Source: Vitrella brassicaformis CCMP3155
Lineage: Eukaryota > Protista > Chromerida
Length of the DNA stretch: 64,000 bases
Assembly: GCA_001179505.1 (NCBI GenBank)
Contig: CDMY01000477.1
Span: 298,602-362,601 of the forward strand
Direction: 5' to 3'
The notes beneath the pieces are model-generated. The model did not search any database. It had not been told where the DNA came from and worked only from the letters and a program-made list of their open reading frames with translations. Every line of letters starts with the position of its first letter. Position 1 is the stretch's first letter. This document shows positions 30,345 to 43,492 of the stretch, piece after piece. The position numbers were made by a program, and so were the translations under genes.

Positions 30345-31240
30345 TCAGATGGTTGGCAGCAGCGCCAGGGAAGGGCCGTCCATCTTGTTGCGGGCGATGG
30401 CCATTCCCCGGGGGAAGGCAGCAGGACCACTGCCGCCCTGCTTGGGCGCCTCGGTGGTCCAGAGGGAGATGTATGCCGACCCATTACGCCCCTTAAACGT
30501 CTCGATGTATGCCGCAAACTCGTCGCCCTCCTCGTCGCCATGCAGTACGAATCGGCGTGAGTCGCCGTAGATGCTGTCGATGGTGCGGCAGCCGCCCCAC
30601 AGGAGCGGCTGCTGGGCAATCAGGGCACAGATGCGACGACACTCGGCAGAGGGCGGACGCCAGGACCGACTCGGCACCAAACGCGACGACAGCCCGGCCA
30701 TCCTGAAAGAGCAGGCAGCGGAAAGACAGACAGACAACATAACACATTGCTGTGCTGTTTATTCTCTCATTTCAGTCGCTGCATACCCTTCGATGATCAG
30801 TCCTCTGAAGCTGATGTACTCGCCACCACCGTCTGCAGACACACAGACACACAGCGGCAGACACCATCCATGTCAAGTTGCCTCTCCAGTGGTGCTTTGC
30901 CCTCTCTCTCTCTCACGTCGGCACGGGGGATCGGCCGCATCGAATCGATCTCGATATCTGGCCGGCACCGTCTGCTGTGTGTGCACCGTCACCTCCCACC
31001 CCCCCAGCCTCTCCCGCCCACTGGCATCGCGCGTCAGCCGCATGCCATTGCTCAGTCGGTGGCTGTAGAGGGCGTATTGGCGGATGCTGGGCGGGCGGCT
31101 GTCGATGACGGCCTTGCTGCCCACGTGCTGCAGGTCGTCACCCGTCAGCTCGATGGGCAGCGACCGGATCTTCCTGCAGGTCTTCACAGCGCAGATCAGA
31201 TGATGACTGGCAAGATGAACCATCGCAGTGCGTTTCAGTG
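30345..31240 (-). pseudogene. 5'-truncated member of a lineage-specific F-box-like family (paralog of 31673-33874)
   Basis: LPIELTGDDLQHVGSKAVIDSRPPSIRQY...WEVTVHTQQTVPARYRDRFDAADPPC|DGGGEYISFRGLII|MAGLSS...WGGCRTID..RRFVLHGDEEGDEFAAYIE...GPAAFPRGMAIAR aligns exon by exon with the plus-strand paralog. No F-box-like N-terminus was found upstream. Confidence 0.75.
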
Positions 31241-31672
31241 TTTTCGCACCTTTGGCGTCGCAAAGGCCACATAAGCAGTGCCTCAGCCCCTCCAAAAGGA
31301 CCCATCATTCACACAGACTCGTTCTGCGTACCCCTTCGGGCGGACATATGCACTCACTCGAAGACGACAGTTTCCGCCGACCGGAGATCTGTCCTCTCAC
31401 ACAAACGGTACGCCATCGGCTGTGCTCAAAAACGAAGCCGTCAGCTTCTCAGGCAGCATCGATTCGATCACGCTAGCTTCAAACATCAGCAGACGAGGAT
31501 TCTCGCTCTGTCGGCTTGCGCGTCGTGCCTTTCCCTCATTGTGGCGTCATTGTTTGGCTTATCGACTCATCGGTGGAGTGATTTGCTTGTCGGACAGTCA
31601 CTGCCTTTCCACCGGTAAGCACTCGCACGCGAGATGAACGTCCGAACGACACACTCACTCACTCACTGCGCC

Positions 31673-33874
31673 ATGATGTCACAGTGGTGGTCTTCAGGCG
31701 TCGTGTGGGCTGCCGTGAGGCCAGCGGGCGGCAGCATGAGCAGCACATCGGCATCAGCTGCTGCAGGTGGGCTGACTGACTCACTGAGTGGGAGAGAGAG
31801 GAAGGGGCTCACTTGTGTGTGTGTGTGTTGGCCAGGTGGTGGTGGATATAGAAATGAATCTGCAGTCAATGACATCAATCGCAGCGCCACACAGAGTGAC
31901 GGGCTGCCGGTGAACCATCAAGCCATCACAGCCACACAGACCAGAGAGCGCCACAGCGTGTCGGTGTGCTCATAGTGATGTTGTGTCTGTGCCTGTCTGC
32001 CTGCCTTTGCAGCTGTCCTCTGGTCTGTTGGCGCAGCTGTCGGACATCAAAGCTCAGCTAGCCGTTGCCGTGTTGGACTCAAAGGTGAGAGGACAGCACA
32101 GAGGGCGGGAGAGGGCGGATGACTTATGTGTGTGTGTGTGGTGTGTGCAGTGTGTCAAGAAGATGGGCATCAGTGACACGATCGACTACCTCATTCAGAA
32201 GGTCGTTAGTCAGCGCATAGCTGACCTGCCTCCATGTGACACTGTGTGGTCTGTGGCTGTGTGCAGGGGTCTGTTGGCGAGAGGCGCCTGCCGATGGTGG
32301 AAGCGGCCGCGTCAGAGATCTCCGGTGCGCTAGGCAGCCTCCAGAATGGACTCAAACGACTCAACGGCGCGGCACTGGTACACACACACATCTACTGTCG
32401 ATCCTTCGACTGGTGAATGAGTGCATGTGTCTTCTCCTGCCCGTGTGTGTGTGTGTGTGTGTCAGCTGGAGGGCCACTCCAAGAACTTCGCATTTGTCCC
32501 TCCAGACGCCAAGAAGACCACCAGAGAGACCACTGACACACACAAGAAGGTACGGCCGCTGCACCGTGAAGCCATCATGACGGCCAAAAGTATCAGCGCA
32601 TGTGTGTATGGTTTGATGTGTGCAGGATAGTGTTGCAGACAGCACACCCGGTGTGCCCGAGTCGTCAAGTGCTGCGGCCCCGCCCTTCTTGCCCGGTCTG
32701 TCCCTGCCCACCGACGTCCTCCGCGACGTATTCCTGCCCCTCATCAGCCCACACAACACAATCGCCCTCTGCCGCACATCCGAGACGGTCGGCAGCGCAC
32801 TCGAGGCCGCCCTGGTCGACGACATCGACAGCATCATCCAACGCGACGGACTCAGAGGCGTCATCGGCTACGCCCCGATGCGTCAGTCGACCAGCGTCCG
32901 TCGTCTGGTGCGTCGGCTGCGGCTGATCCGCCTCCACTATGTGATGGTGACGGGGGGCGACTGGCGGGGCAACGTGCCGGTGCTGCGGATGGCCAAGAGC
33001 TGTGGACGAGTGCAGCAGCTGCCCATCGAGCTGACGGGTGACGACCTGCACCACGTGGGCAGCAAGGCCGTCATCGACAGCCGCCCGCCCAGCATGCGCC
33101 AGTACAGCCTCTTCAGCCACCGACAATGGGACAACAGGATGGGGCTGACGCGCGATGCCGACGGGCGGGACTACCTGTGCGAGTGTATGGCTTGGTGGGA
33201 GGTGACGGTGTACACCGAGCAGACGGTGCCGGATGAGTATCGAGATCGATTCGACGCCGCCGATCCCCCGTGCCGACGTGAGAGAGAGAGGGCAAAGCAC
33301 CACAGGAGAGGCAACTTGACATGGATGGTGTCTGCCGCTGTGTGTCTGTGTGTCTGCAGACGGTGGTGGCGAGTACATCAGCTTCAGAGGACTGATCATT
33401 GAAGGGTATTCAGCGACTGAAATGAGAGAATAAACAGCACAGCAATGTGTTATCTTGTCTGTCTGTCTTTCCGCTGCCTGCTCTTTCAGGATGGCCGGGC
33501 TGTCGTCGTGTCATGTGTCGCATTGGTCCTGGGATGCGCCCTCTGCCGAGTACAATCGCATCTCCGACCTGGTGGCCCAGCAGTCGCCCCTGTGGGGCGG
33601 CTGCCGCACCATCGACTACAACATCGGCGGCCCCTCCCGCCGATTCGTCATACTCTGTGGCGACGAGGAGGGCGACGAGTTTGCGGCATACATCGAGATG
33701 GCCAAGTGGCCTGACGGGTGGACAGACATCATCCTCTACACCAGCGATGCGCGCCGGCAGGGCGTCAGTGGCCCTGCTGCTTTCCCCCAGGCAGTGGCCA
33801 TCGCCCACAGCAAGACTGGCGACGACATCGCATTACTCCCAATGGTCAACGAGGCCATCAACACAGGTACTTAA
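31673..33874 (+). CDS. Lineage-specific family protein: N-terminal helical exons + F-box-like motif + conserved FDAADPPC domain
   Basis: Short spliced exons (LSSGLLAQLSDIKAQLAVAVLDSK, MGISDTIDYLIQK...) lead into LSLPTDVLRDVFLPLISPHNTIALCRTSETV (F-box-like), LPIELTGDD..., RFDAADPPC, WGGCRTID, GPAAFPQAVAIAHSK. Confidence 0.75.
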
Positions 33875-34499
33875 GGCACGAGAACACCAGATGAGTCCAA
33901 CACAAAAGTGATAGTGTCTCTTGTTTCATGACTGCAGCTGGCGGGTTGGCGTCGAGGTGACTGAGGTGGACTTGGACGGCGGCACACACGAAGACATCGG
34001 AAGAAGCTGTCGTGCAGTGGGGCGGCAGAGGGGAGGCCGCGAGATGGACCGACCGGGCTGCCTGTGCTGCATCCATGCGGTGTGTGTGGTGTGTTGGAAT
34101 CCCTGCCTTCTTCCTTCCTCGTGTGTCGATGTGGTGCGTTTATCTCTGTCTGTTTGGATGGACGTACACCGCATGAACCGACTGGGTGAGTGACCGGACT
34201 GCCTCTGTGCATGAGCATCCTTTGGATCGATCGATGACACACACCAAATGTCACTCTGAGTCTGTCAGTCTCTGTCGCACCACACACCCGTAAAACTACT
34301 TTCTCACTCACAAAAAGCAGGCAATATCTCTCACCGTCTGTCTGTTTGTCGTGTTTGTTGCCCTACTAGAACCTACACACTGCACATACATACCCCGCCC
34401 ATCTGGCACCATCTCCCTCCCTCCCTCCCTCCCTGGATCCATCCGTTTATCAACCGAGCCATTCGGCGAAGAATCGTTGTCCTTGTCGTCGACAATGAT

Positions 34500-35145
34500 A
34501 AAGGCCGGGAAGAAACCGGCCTTTATCGTTGGAATCTAAGTCCAAATCCACCTCTATTTTCCACACAGCCTGCACACATGGCATCCATTGCAAGCGCCTC
34601 TGCTGTGCTCTGTGTGGCCGGCCGTGTGTGCGCGAACACATACACACCTCCATGCCCAGCTCTTCGTATTTCAGCACCTCCACCTTCTTGATGCTGCAGT
34701 TCTGCGCCAATATCGCCGCAGGGCCGCCGATGCTGCCCAGCTTGCACGCCTTGGATACCTGCACAACGAACGTCTACCAAACCAATGCAACACAACACAC
34801 CGCAGCAGCCACACCGATGGCATGCTCTCTGTCCTGCGTGTGCTTGTGAGGGCGTTGTAATGTACCTCCTTCCTCCTGTTGCCCTTGGCCAGAGTTATCA
34901 TGGACCCGCCCGCAGCCATGAATGGCCCCACATAAGAGTCCATCCGGCCAGCAGTGGTCGGACCAAACGAACCAGACGCATAGCCAGCAGGCGTCTTGGC
35001 CGGCCCTGCATAGTAGATGGGATGGTTCTTGAGGTAGTCGGGCAGCGCTCCCTCTTTCTGCAGCCGCTCGTTGAGTTTGGCGTGGGCGATGTCCCGCGCC
35101 ACAACGAGGGTGCCCGTCAAGGACAGACGCGTCTTGATGGGATAC
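34500..35145 (-). pseudogene. Class I fumarate hydratase, C-terminal (beta) fragment, degenerate
   Basis: [75 protein letters not shown]|[32 protein letters not shown]|AVWKIEV. The GGFY segment before LGSIGG and the FPAFI segment are missing. Confidence 0.88.
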
Positions 35146-35335
35146 CTGCCAGCCACCATAGCATACAGCGACGAAGGCAATGAGCCAATGGGTGTGTGTG
35201 TGTGTGTGTTGGGAAAGGAGGGTGTGTGTGGAGGGTGGATGTACCAACGGGGGGGTGGATTGTTTGCCCACCCACTGACTGGGCCAAGTAGGTCGGAGAA
35301 ACAAAGTGGGTTATAAATAGGTCATCAGTGGGTAT

Positions 35336-35430
35336 GTGGGCCATCAAGGGTCATCCTACGGTCAAAAATGGCAAAACGGTGACATTTCTTTGCGCTTGCG
35401 CAGCGTCGTCAGTGTTGCTGACCTGCCGCT
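35336..35430 (+). pseudogene. Orphan exon/intron fragment homologous to the N-terminal exon of the 61.5-63.1 kb F-box-like gene
   Basis: GGCCATCAA...ACGGTCAAAAATGGCAAAA.GGTGACAT.T...GCGTCGTCAGTGT matches the reverse complement of ~62960-63060. Confidence 0.65.
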
Positions 35431-36299
35431 CTCTCTGTGCACGTGTTTGACCAACTCAAGGGTGCACTTGATCCTTGTGCTGGATGGGCCGGAGCACACC
35501 CACAGAGCGAAAGACGTGCCTGCAGAGATGACACTCACAGAGGGAGGAGGTCAGTCAGAAGTGCCTCAGAGAGCACCGCTCGACGGCTGTCTATGTCGGG
35601 CTGGATGCTGTGGTCAATCTGCCGCACAGAGAGGGACGGGCCGCACCCACAGAGCCAAACACGAACGGGCCTGCGGAGATGGACAAAAATGGTTTGAGAG
35701 GCATTGAGGGCGCTCAGAAAGAAGTTCCGCTGTGCATCAACCGGCAGAGTACATACAAAGCCCTCATCGAGGGAAATCCTCTGACACCCGAATGAGCCTT
35801 GGGGTCTTGGCACAACACGCCATCTCGACCTGCACACACAGACAGACTCAGACTCAGACAGAAATGTCTGCTCATTTGTCCTTCTGGCTGCTCCTGACTG
35901 CGTGTATGGCCTTCCTGTGAGCCTCTCTGCGGAGATCTGCCTGCCGCGTTGTGTCTGTGCCTTTCCTCCCGGAGCTTCTAAGCTTGCAACCCTAAGCCCT
36001 ATCATACCTAAACCCTAATTATGCGATTATGTGGGGTTTGCGAATTTCGTGAATGAATGCGGTTGGTGTGCAGGAGTGCGCAGCAGACAGACAGACAGAC
36101 ACATTAATTAATGCACACACAGGGTCATTCATGTCAACAGGGAGGAGGCCCAGCTGTGTGTGCACTTCAGTGCAGTGTGTGTGCGTGAGGGTGGGCGTGT
36201 GCCATGCACTCCTGCACACGCGCACCCTCTCACACACACACACACAGGAGGTCTAAGCAGGAAGGCCGGCAACAGGAGGCATGCAGCAGGACCTCAACT

Positions 36300-39200
36300 C
36301 TAGCGGCTCAGATCTTGCTGGCTGCTGCTGCTGCCGCTGCTCTCATTTCTAGCCTTGCCCTCCAGCAGCTGCAGCGCCACCGTGTTGAAGTGCAGCACAT
36401 CCTAACACACACACACACACACATTAGCATCGCAGACAGACTTACACACAGCGCGTTGTTTGTTCTTTACCCGTTCTTTGATGAGCAGAGGCCGCAGAGT
36501 GTCCCGCAGCCTCAGCAGGAGGGGGCGGTGCGCTGACGAGGTCACGAGCTGCCTCGTGTGCAGCTGCACGAGCAGCAGGGCCGTCTGGCTGAGACGCTCC
36601 ACACACACATAGCCTCCACCTGCACACACACACACACAGACAGACAGACCGAGGGCCGCCCACCGACCCATAATATCGATGGCCTCGGCAATGGCGGCAA
36701 TAAACTGCATGAGCCTCAGGGCATAGGAGAAGGGCATCGACAAGAGCACCTCATACAGCAGCGGGGCCGGCACCTGCTGCACCGCCCACAAGACGTGCTC
36801 GTGGGCCGTCCGCCCGGCCAGCTCGGGCTTGCTGCTGCTGCCGCCGCCCATTGTCTCGTCTCCTTGTTCTTGCTGCTGGTCGGTGAGGGCCTCGGTGGCC
36901 TCGTCGATGACCTCCATGAGCCGCTCGGCTGTCCGGACGCTGTCGAGGGTGCGCTTGGTGGGCCGAATGAGGGTGACCTCCTCTCCCCCTCCAGCCGCTG
37001 TGTCCATGTCTGCACACACACACACACACAGAGGGAGAGAGAGTGGCGTGTGTGTGTGTGTCTGCCACTGCACTGACCGTCTCGCGTGTAAGCGTCTTGT
37101 TCCATCCGCTGCTCCAGCTCCCTCTCTCTCTCCTCCTCGAGAAACAGCTGCTCCGACGTCCGACGCCACAGCCGAATGCCGCCGTCCTCCCCTTAACACA
37201 CACACACACAGACATGGGTGGGTGGATCCCCGTGTGCAGAAAAGTGTGTGTAATGCTCTGTGTGTGTGCCTGCGGTGAAGAAGAAGGCGGCGTCGAGGCT
37301 GAGAGCCACACACGTGACGGCCGAGCCCCCGCTCATCAGCTGGGTGATGAGCTCACGCGCATCGCCGTCCCTATGGACATACACACACACATAGAGGGAG
37401 AGGGAGGCGTACACACACAGCCAGGCACACTCACACACACGGGGCTAGCAAGGGTCACAGACCAGATTTTGACGCAGCCGTCGCGCCCAGTGGTGACGAA
37501 GTAGTGGGTGTCGGGGAGAAACCGGGCCTACAACGTCCCCCCCAACACACACATCCATCCATCCATCCATCCGTGTGTGTGTGTGTGTGTATAGTCACTT
37601 TGGTGACGGCCTGTGTGTGGGCTCTGAAGGACGTGTGGCAGTCGCCGAAGTCCATCCCCCACAGCTTGACGCTCTTGTCGGCCGAAGCGCTCACCAGCAA
37701 GGTGCTGTCTGCACACACACACACACACACGCACACATCCGTCCCTTCCCCTCTCTCTCTCTCTGTGCGTGTGTGTGTGTACCAGTGCTTATGTCGAGTG
37801 CAGTGATGGGCAGCTTGTGGCCATAGAGGGTGACGAAAGGCTTCACTGAGGGGCCTGGGTTCAGGTAGTAGATCTGTGTCGTCGAGTCGAGCAGACCCAC
37901 AGCGAGGAACTTGCAAGAGGGGGAATACTGCCACACACACACAGATGCGAACACACACATCAGAGTGTGTGTGTGTGTGTGCACCTCTCTCTCTCTCCCT
38001 CTCTCTCTCTCTCTCTGTGTGTGTGTCGGGGGAGAGCTTACCCTCACACACATGCCCTCGTCATTGAGCTCGTGTGCCATCGTGTCCACGAAAGCGACCG
38101 TCTCCGTCTCAACACCAACACCCTCTCCCTCCTCTCCCCCTGTGGGCGTGGTGCGCTTCTTGACGTAGAACTTGTAGAGCTTGAGCACCTTGTCGCTGCC
38201 CACTGAGGCGAACCTGCACACTCACACAAACACTCGTACACACACTAACACTCACACACACTCACACACACACACACGAGAAGACGCCCGTACCCGGTAT
38301 GATGTGGGTGTGGGGCAATGTCCTGCACCGCCGCACCGTGCGCCTTGTCCATCTGTAAAGCGTCCATCGAGGCCAGGTCATAGAGAGCGACGCTGCCGTC
38401 CTTCAGCCCAACCACTATGTGGTCGTTTCCTACACACACACACACACACACACACAGGCACAGACATGCGGGCAGAGGGAGGGGGAGAGGTATGTGGTGT
38501 GATGTGTACCTGCCACAAAGATGGCACAGAGGCCGATCTGGCTGGCAGTGGGCAGCTGCATCGTCCGCACGGGCCGCATTGTGCGCGTGGTCCAGACCTT
38601 CGCACTCTACACACATACAAACACACACACAGAGAGAGAGAGAGAGCAGCATGTGTCTGTCTGTCTGTCTGTCTGTGCGTGTGTGAGGGAGAGGGGAGTG
38701 AGGGGTACATACCTGTTTGGCAATGGACAGGAGGAGGCCGTCGTCATGGCTGACGGCGAGCACATTGGGGGCGGCGCTGGTGGCGTGGCCGCTGCTGGAC
38801 AGGTCGCACACCACAGGGGCCGCCAAGGCATACCTGTCCACACACACACACACACAAACACACACAATTGTCCACTATCCTCTGTCTCTCGCTGTGAGTG
38901 TGTGTGCTTCACACTTGAGGGAAGGTGACACAGAGGGGTAGGGGTGGAGGATGTCTGCTGCTGCTGCTGCTGCTGCCGATGTTGGGCTGGCCTCGCCATC
39001 CTGCTCTTCTTCTCGCTTGACTTCGGCCGTCTCTCTCTCTTCCAGAGAGCCGTGGACCTGCAAACTCCGCACACACGACACACACACACACACACACACG
39101 AGCAAGACATCCATCCATCCATCTGTGTGTGTGTGTGTCGGTGGGCTGTGTGTGGGTATTGGTTTGCTTGCCTGCAGCCTGCGCAGCTCGATGGTGTTGT

Positions 39201-39910
39201 TGTGCAAGCCCAGCAGCAGGTGGTGGTCGCGGAGGTCGACCGACGCCACTCGCTGCCTGACGTGGAACTCACCCAAGGCGCTCAGCTCGTCGCTGACGGC
39301 GTACGCCCTCTCCTTCTCGCTCTCCGTCTCCTCAACCCCCTCACCCTCTCCCCAGTCGTCACCTGCACACACACACACACACGCACGCACACAAAGAGAG
39401 AGAGAGAGAGAGAGAGGGGATGTCTACAGTGAAGGCTGACAACCAGAAACGCGCCGAAACAGCGCGTTAACTGGCGGCTCACCTCTTTCGCCGCCCCGTT
39501 TTGCCCTTTTCTCCCTGGCCCGCTTCAGCCGCCGTCTCTTCCTCTTCGCCTGCTCCTCCGCCGAGTGCACTCGAAACACCTCCAGCCGCTTGCTCGGCTG
39601 CGCGTGGCACAGCACCATCCCCCCTCCCTCTCCCTCTCTCGGTGGGGGGATGCACAGAATGCCCACCACACGGCCGGCCTTCTCTCCTTCTGTGGCTGTG
39701 GAGGCTTGTCGCTTCAATGCACCGAGGTAGGACGCTGTGAGGGGCATGTGTGTGACGGGGTCTCTCGGGGTGGGGGCGTCGGTGGCGGGGTCATCTTGGT
39801 CGTCACGATGGTGCAGCCGCCAAAGCCGTAGGAAATGGTCGTCAGATCCCGCAAAGAGCCGGTGCTGAAATGAGAGAGTGATGTACACGTGACTGCCTCT
39901 CTCTCTCTCC

Positions 39911-39944
<34 letters not shown>

Positions 39945-41098
39945 TACCTCTCGTGTGTCGACGGCGATGCTCCAGACGCTCCCCTTGTGTTCGACCAACG
40001 TCTGGAGGCAGCTCTGTGTGCCCATGTCCCACAGCTTGATCAGCCCGTCCTTGGACCCGCTCACCAGCACAAAAGGCTCGCTCAGCGGCTCATCTACACA
40101 CACACACACACACACGCAGAGAGAGAGAGAGAGAGAGAGACAACAATACAAGCCACACACACAGCCGCCGAGCAACACAATGCCATCCTCTGTGTGTGTG
40201 TGTGTGTGTGTGTACCTACCGTCATTCTGGTGCAGGAAGGCGATGGCCGTGACCTGATCCCTGTGCCCTCTCAACCGGAACAGCCCCCGCTGACCGACGA
40301 CGTCCCACACATTCACGTCGGTGTCATTGCCGCCTGTCACCACAAGCGCGCCTGTCCGACTGCACACACACATGAGGGAGAATGAGAACATTTCTCCATC
40401 TCGCAGCGACCCTCCCCACACACACACACACCTGGCAGCGACCACACTGACACCCTTCTTGTGCCCGTGGAGCGTCAGCACAGGCGCCTTATCGGCAGGC
40501 CGCGCCACTCTCCGCCGGTCGCCCCCCTCCGCTTCTCTCTCCCTCTTGTCAATGTTGGTGTCGTCATGGCGCCACTCCCACAGCCGCAGGGCGCCGTCAG
40601 TGTAGCCGGCAGCTATGCAGATGGTGTGACACACAGAGGAGGAGGGGGAGGGAGAGGCAGGAGGCAGCAGGGCCAGGCATGTCACCTACACACACACACA
40701 CACACATACAGAGAGAGAGAGAGAGAGAGGGGACCATCAATGCGTCAAACCACCCATCTCTGTGTGTATGTCTGTATGCGTCACCTGTTGTGCAGCGGGC
40801 TCCCTCGAGCCAGAGTCGCCGTGTGTATTCGTCGGCACGGTCAGCTTCGCCGCCAAAGCGCCCTGACGCAGATGCCATATCGCCACGGCCTCGTGGCATC
40901 CTGACAATCACACCCACCCACCCACCCATCCATCAATCCATCCATCCATGTGTGTGTGGCATGCGTGCGCGCGTGTGTGCGTGTGTGTGTGCCTGTAACA
41001 GCGTATTTGCCGGATGCGTCGAGGAGCACGTTGCAGTCCCTGGCAGTGACGAGGCCGAACACGTCCACGTACTCGTAACGCAGATACGCCTTCACCAT
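36300..41098 (-). CDS. WDR3: WD-repeat U3 snoRNP protein WDR3/Utp12/Dip2
   Basis: MVKAYLRYE..., LTLHGHKKGV, LVVTGGNDTDVNVWDVV..GLFRLRGHRDQVT, LVSGSKDGLIKLWD, LLGLHNNTIEL, AHGAAVQDIA, FASVGSDKVLK, AVGLLDSTT, TLYGHKLPITALDIS, LVSASADKSVKLWGMDFGDCHTSF, and Utp12 C-terminal LLSMPFSYA. Confidence 0.95.
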
Positions 41099-41859
41099 GA
41101 TGCACACACGCCGCGCCAGGCTGCTCGTGAGCCTCTCAGAGAGATCTTCTGCCGGCTTAGCTCGCGCCACTTTTCCGAGCTCCAGCGCTCCATAAGCACA
41201 AGGACCAAAGATCTGAGTGGAATCAGACGTACGCAAGAAAGACCGAAACATGATGCGTTTCGTTTGCGCGTTCATGACTGCGGTGTGGTCTCAGATGGAC
41301 ACTGGATGGACCCGTGAGGGAAAGCACGATGGCGCCGGGCTGAAGGGCACGCATGATGTCAGCTCAGAGCACAACCGCTGATTGGTGCACCAACTGGTGA
41401 GCTTACGGACAGCAGACAGACAGACGGACGGACGAAAAGTACATCCATCTGTTATGGCTGCGCATCTCCCGTCCCATGCAGGTGCCGGATCTTCAATCGG
41501 AAGACGAACCTGTCCTTCACAGACGTCTGGAGCAACGAGACTGACATGATCTCACAGTGCCAATCCGGCTATCTTGCTTGGTTGGTGCAATGCAAACATA
41601 CAAACACGTTCCTGCACCGTGTGTAGCACTGCACGCCTGTCGGTGTGCACGTGTGCGGTCATTCGTCTGTTCGTGCGTGTACACGCAGGGATCCAGACAT
41701 CCATAATCCCGTTCGCCCAGTGGCCGGCACACCAACCCCGGCCACCCAGAGGCCGCCGCCGAGCAGACCGCTCGCGAGAATGGCGTATGACAAGTGCCAG
41801 CAGATGCCGGCCTGGAGCAGTGACACGGCAGCGGGCAACGGGTTTGAGGTGAGCGCTCA

Positions 41860-41891
<32 letters not shown>

Positions 41892-43492
41892 ATGCCTGCG
41901 TAATGGAGGCATTGATGTCACCTTTGTTCTGTCCCTTTCCCCCCTCTCTGTGTGTGTCTGTCTGTCAGGTGAGGCTTCACAGGGGTCGGAGGAGGTGCAC
42001 TGTGAGCAGCGCCTGCTACCAGCATTCTGAGGAGCGGCCGGGCCACCCCGACAAGACTACACTGAACTACTGGAAGCGCTGCGTGTCGTGGCGGGTGTGG
42101 ACGCAAAACCCATTCTCCTAGCTGGGCGAGGTGCTGTGCTGGCATCGTGTGAGCTGGAGCGACATTTCGGTATTCGCGGCATTTTTCGGTATCTCCTTTC
42201 TGTGTGTGTGGGTTGGTGTGTTTCGCACTGTGGTGTGATGGGTTTGGATTGGGGACTTTTTGTTTGTTGTGGCTGTGGTGTTGACTTCGATCGGCGCCCA
42301 GATGTGTGCCGGATTGGGCTCCTTCTCGTCGCTGAGCGAGTTGTCGACGATGACGATGGCGTCCTTTCATCGCCGACAACTCGCTCAGAGGTGGATCAAG
42401 TCCAGTTCGTGTGTGTATGGGTGGGATGACCCCTTGCTTCGTTTCTGTTTGTTTTGGTTGGTATGGTTATCATTCTACCTGCCTGAAGACGTGTACGTTC
42501 GTGTGTGTCCATCCATCCATCCATCCATCCTTCCATAAGCTGTCTAGCTAGACTACAGCAGCACACCACAACCACAACCACAGCACGAAACACTCAATCA
42601 CTCACTCACTCATGCGGTCGCCTGGCCAAACCACCAAGACGTGTTCTCTCTTCTCTCCAGAGGATCGCCATCCATTCATGCATCCATCGGCTAGAGAGAC
42701 CAACACAGATACACGTACACACACACACACACACGCACATGGAAGCGGGCGGATACGGATGCGCCAGGTTCAATTAAAATCATTCATTCAGTCATGGCAC
42801 GACAGACAGCAAGAGGGAGAGAGAGAGCGAGAGAGAGAGGCACAGGCATTGGCATCGCGTTCATCGCATACTGTCAGTCAACCGGTCGATCCACTGCGTG
42901 TCGACACACCAACAAGACAAGACACCAGCCAGCCAGCCACCATGCGCGTGTGTGCATGCTCACAAAACTCACTCACGAGGTATCCATGACGCGCTCGTCT
43001 GGACAGGCGGCAAGCGAATATCAAAGCGAAGATGGTCTGTCTGTTCTCTGTGCAAGCAGGCGGGCTGTTCTGTGTGTCTTCTCTCCCGTGTCGTGATGCC
43101 CGCGTGAAGGCTTCTCTCTTGCTGAGGGCTCACAGCAACAGAGAATCCTTCAAACCAGCACCAGTACACTCGAGGGAACACACAGACAATATACAGACAT
43201 CAATCCATTCCATGATGGGGCGGGTCGCTGTGGTGCCCGCGAAAACAAACATACCAAGACACTCAGCCAGTCGAGAGCGCAAGTGCGTCCCTCCCTCCGT
43301 CAGTCAGTCGTCCCTCCCTCTACCCAGCTAGCGAGATGATCTGTCCGGCCACCGGCTGGCCCGGGCGCGATAAACAAAAGTCGACAAGACAGCTCCACAA
43401 CACGCATGCACACATCAATCACATCACACAGCATGGCCCTCCACAGAGCTCCCCCGACCCCCGCCCCCTCCCCCGGCTGTCTGTCTGTCTGT

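Noticed and set aside
28400-36300. Autonomous transposon in the shuffled region
   Set aside because: No transposase, RepHel, reverse transcriptase or integrase motifs and no clear TIR/TSD were seen.
41330-42400. Possible small spliced gene between WDR3 and VDAC (MMSAQSTTADWCTNW|CRIFNRK...)
   Set aside because: Splice-like signals are present, but I could not build a consistent reading frame or recognise any motif.
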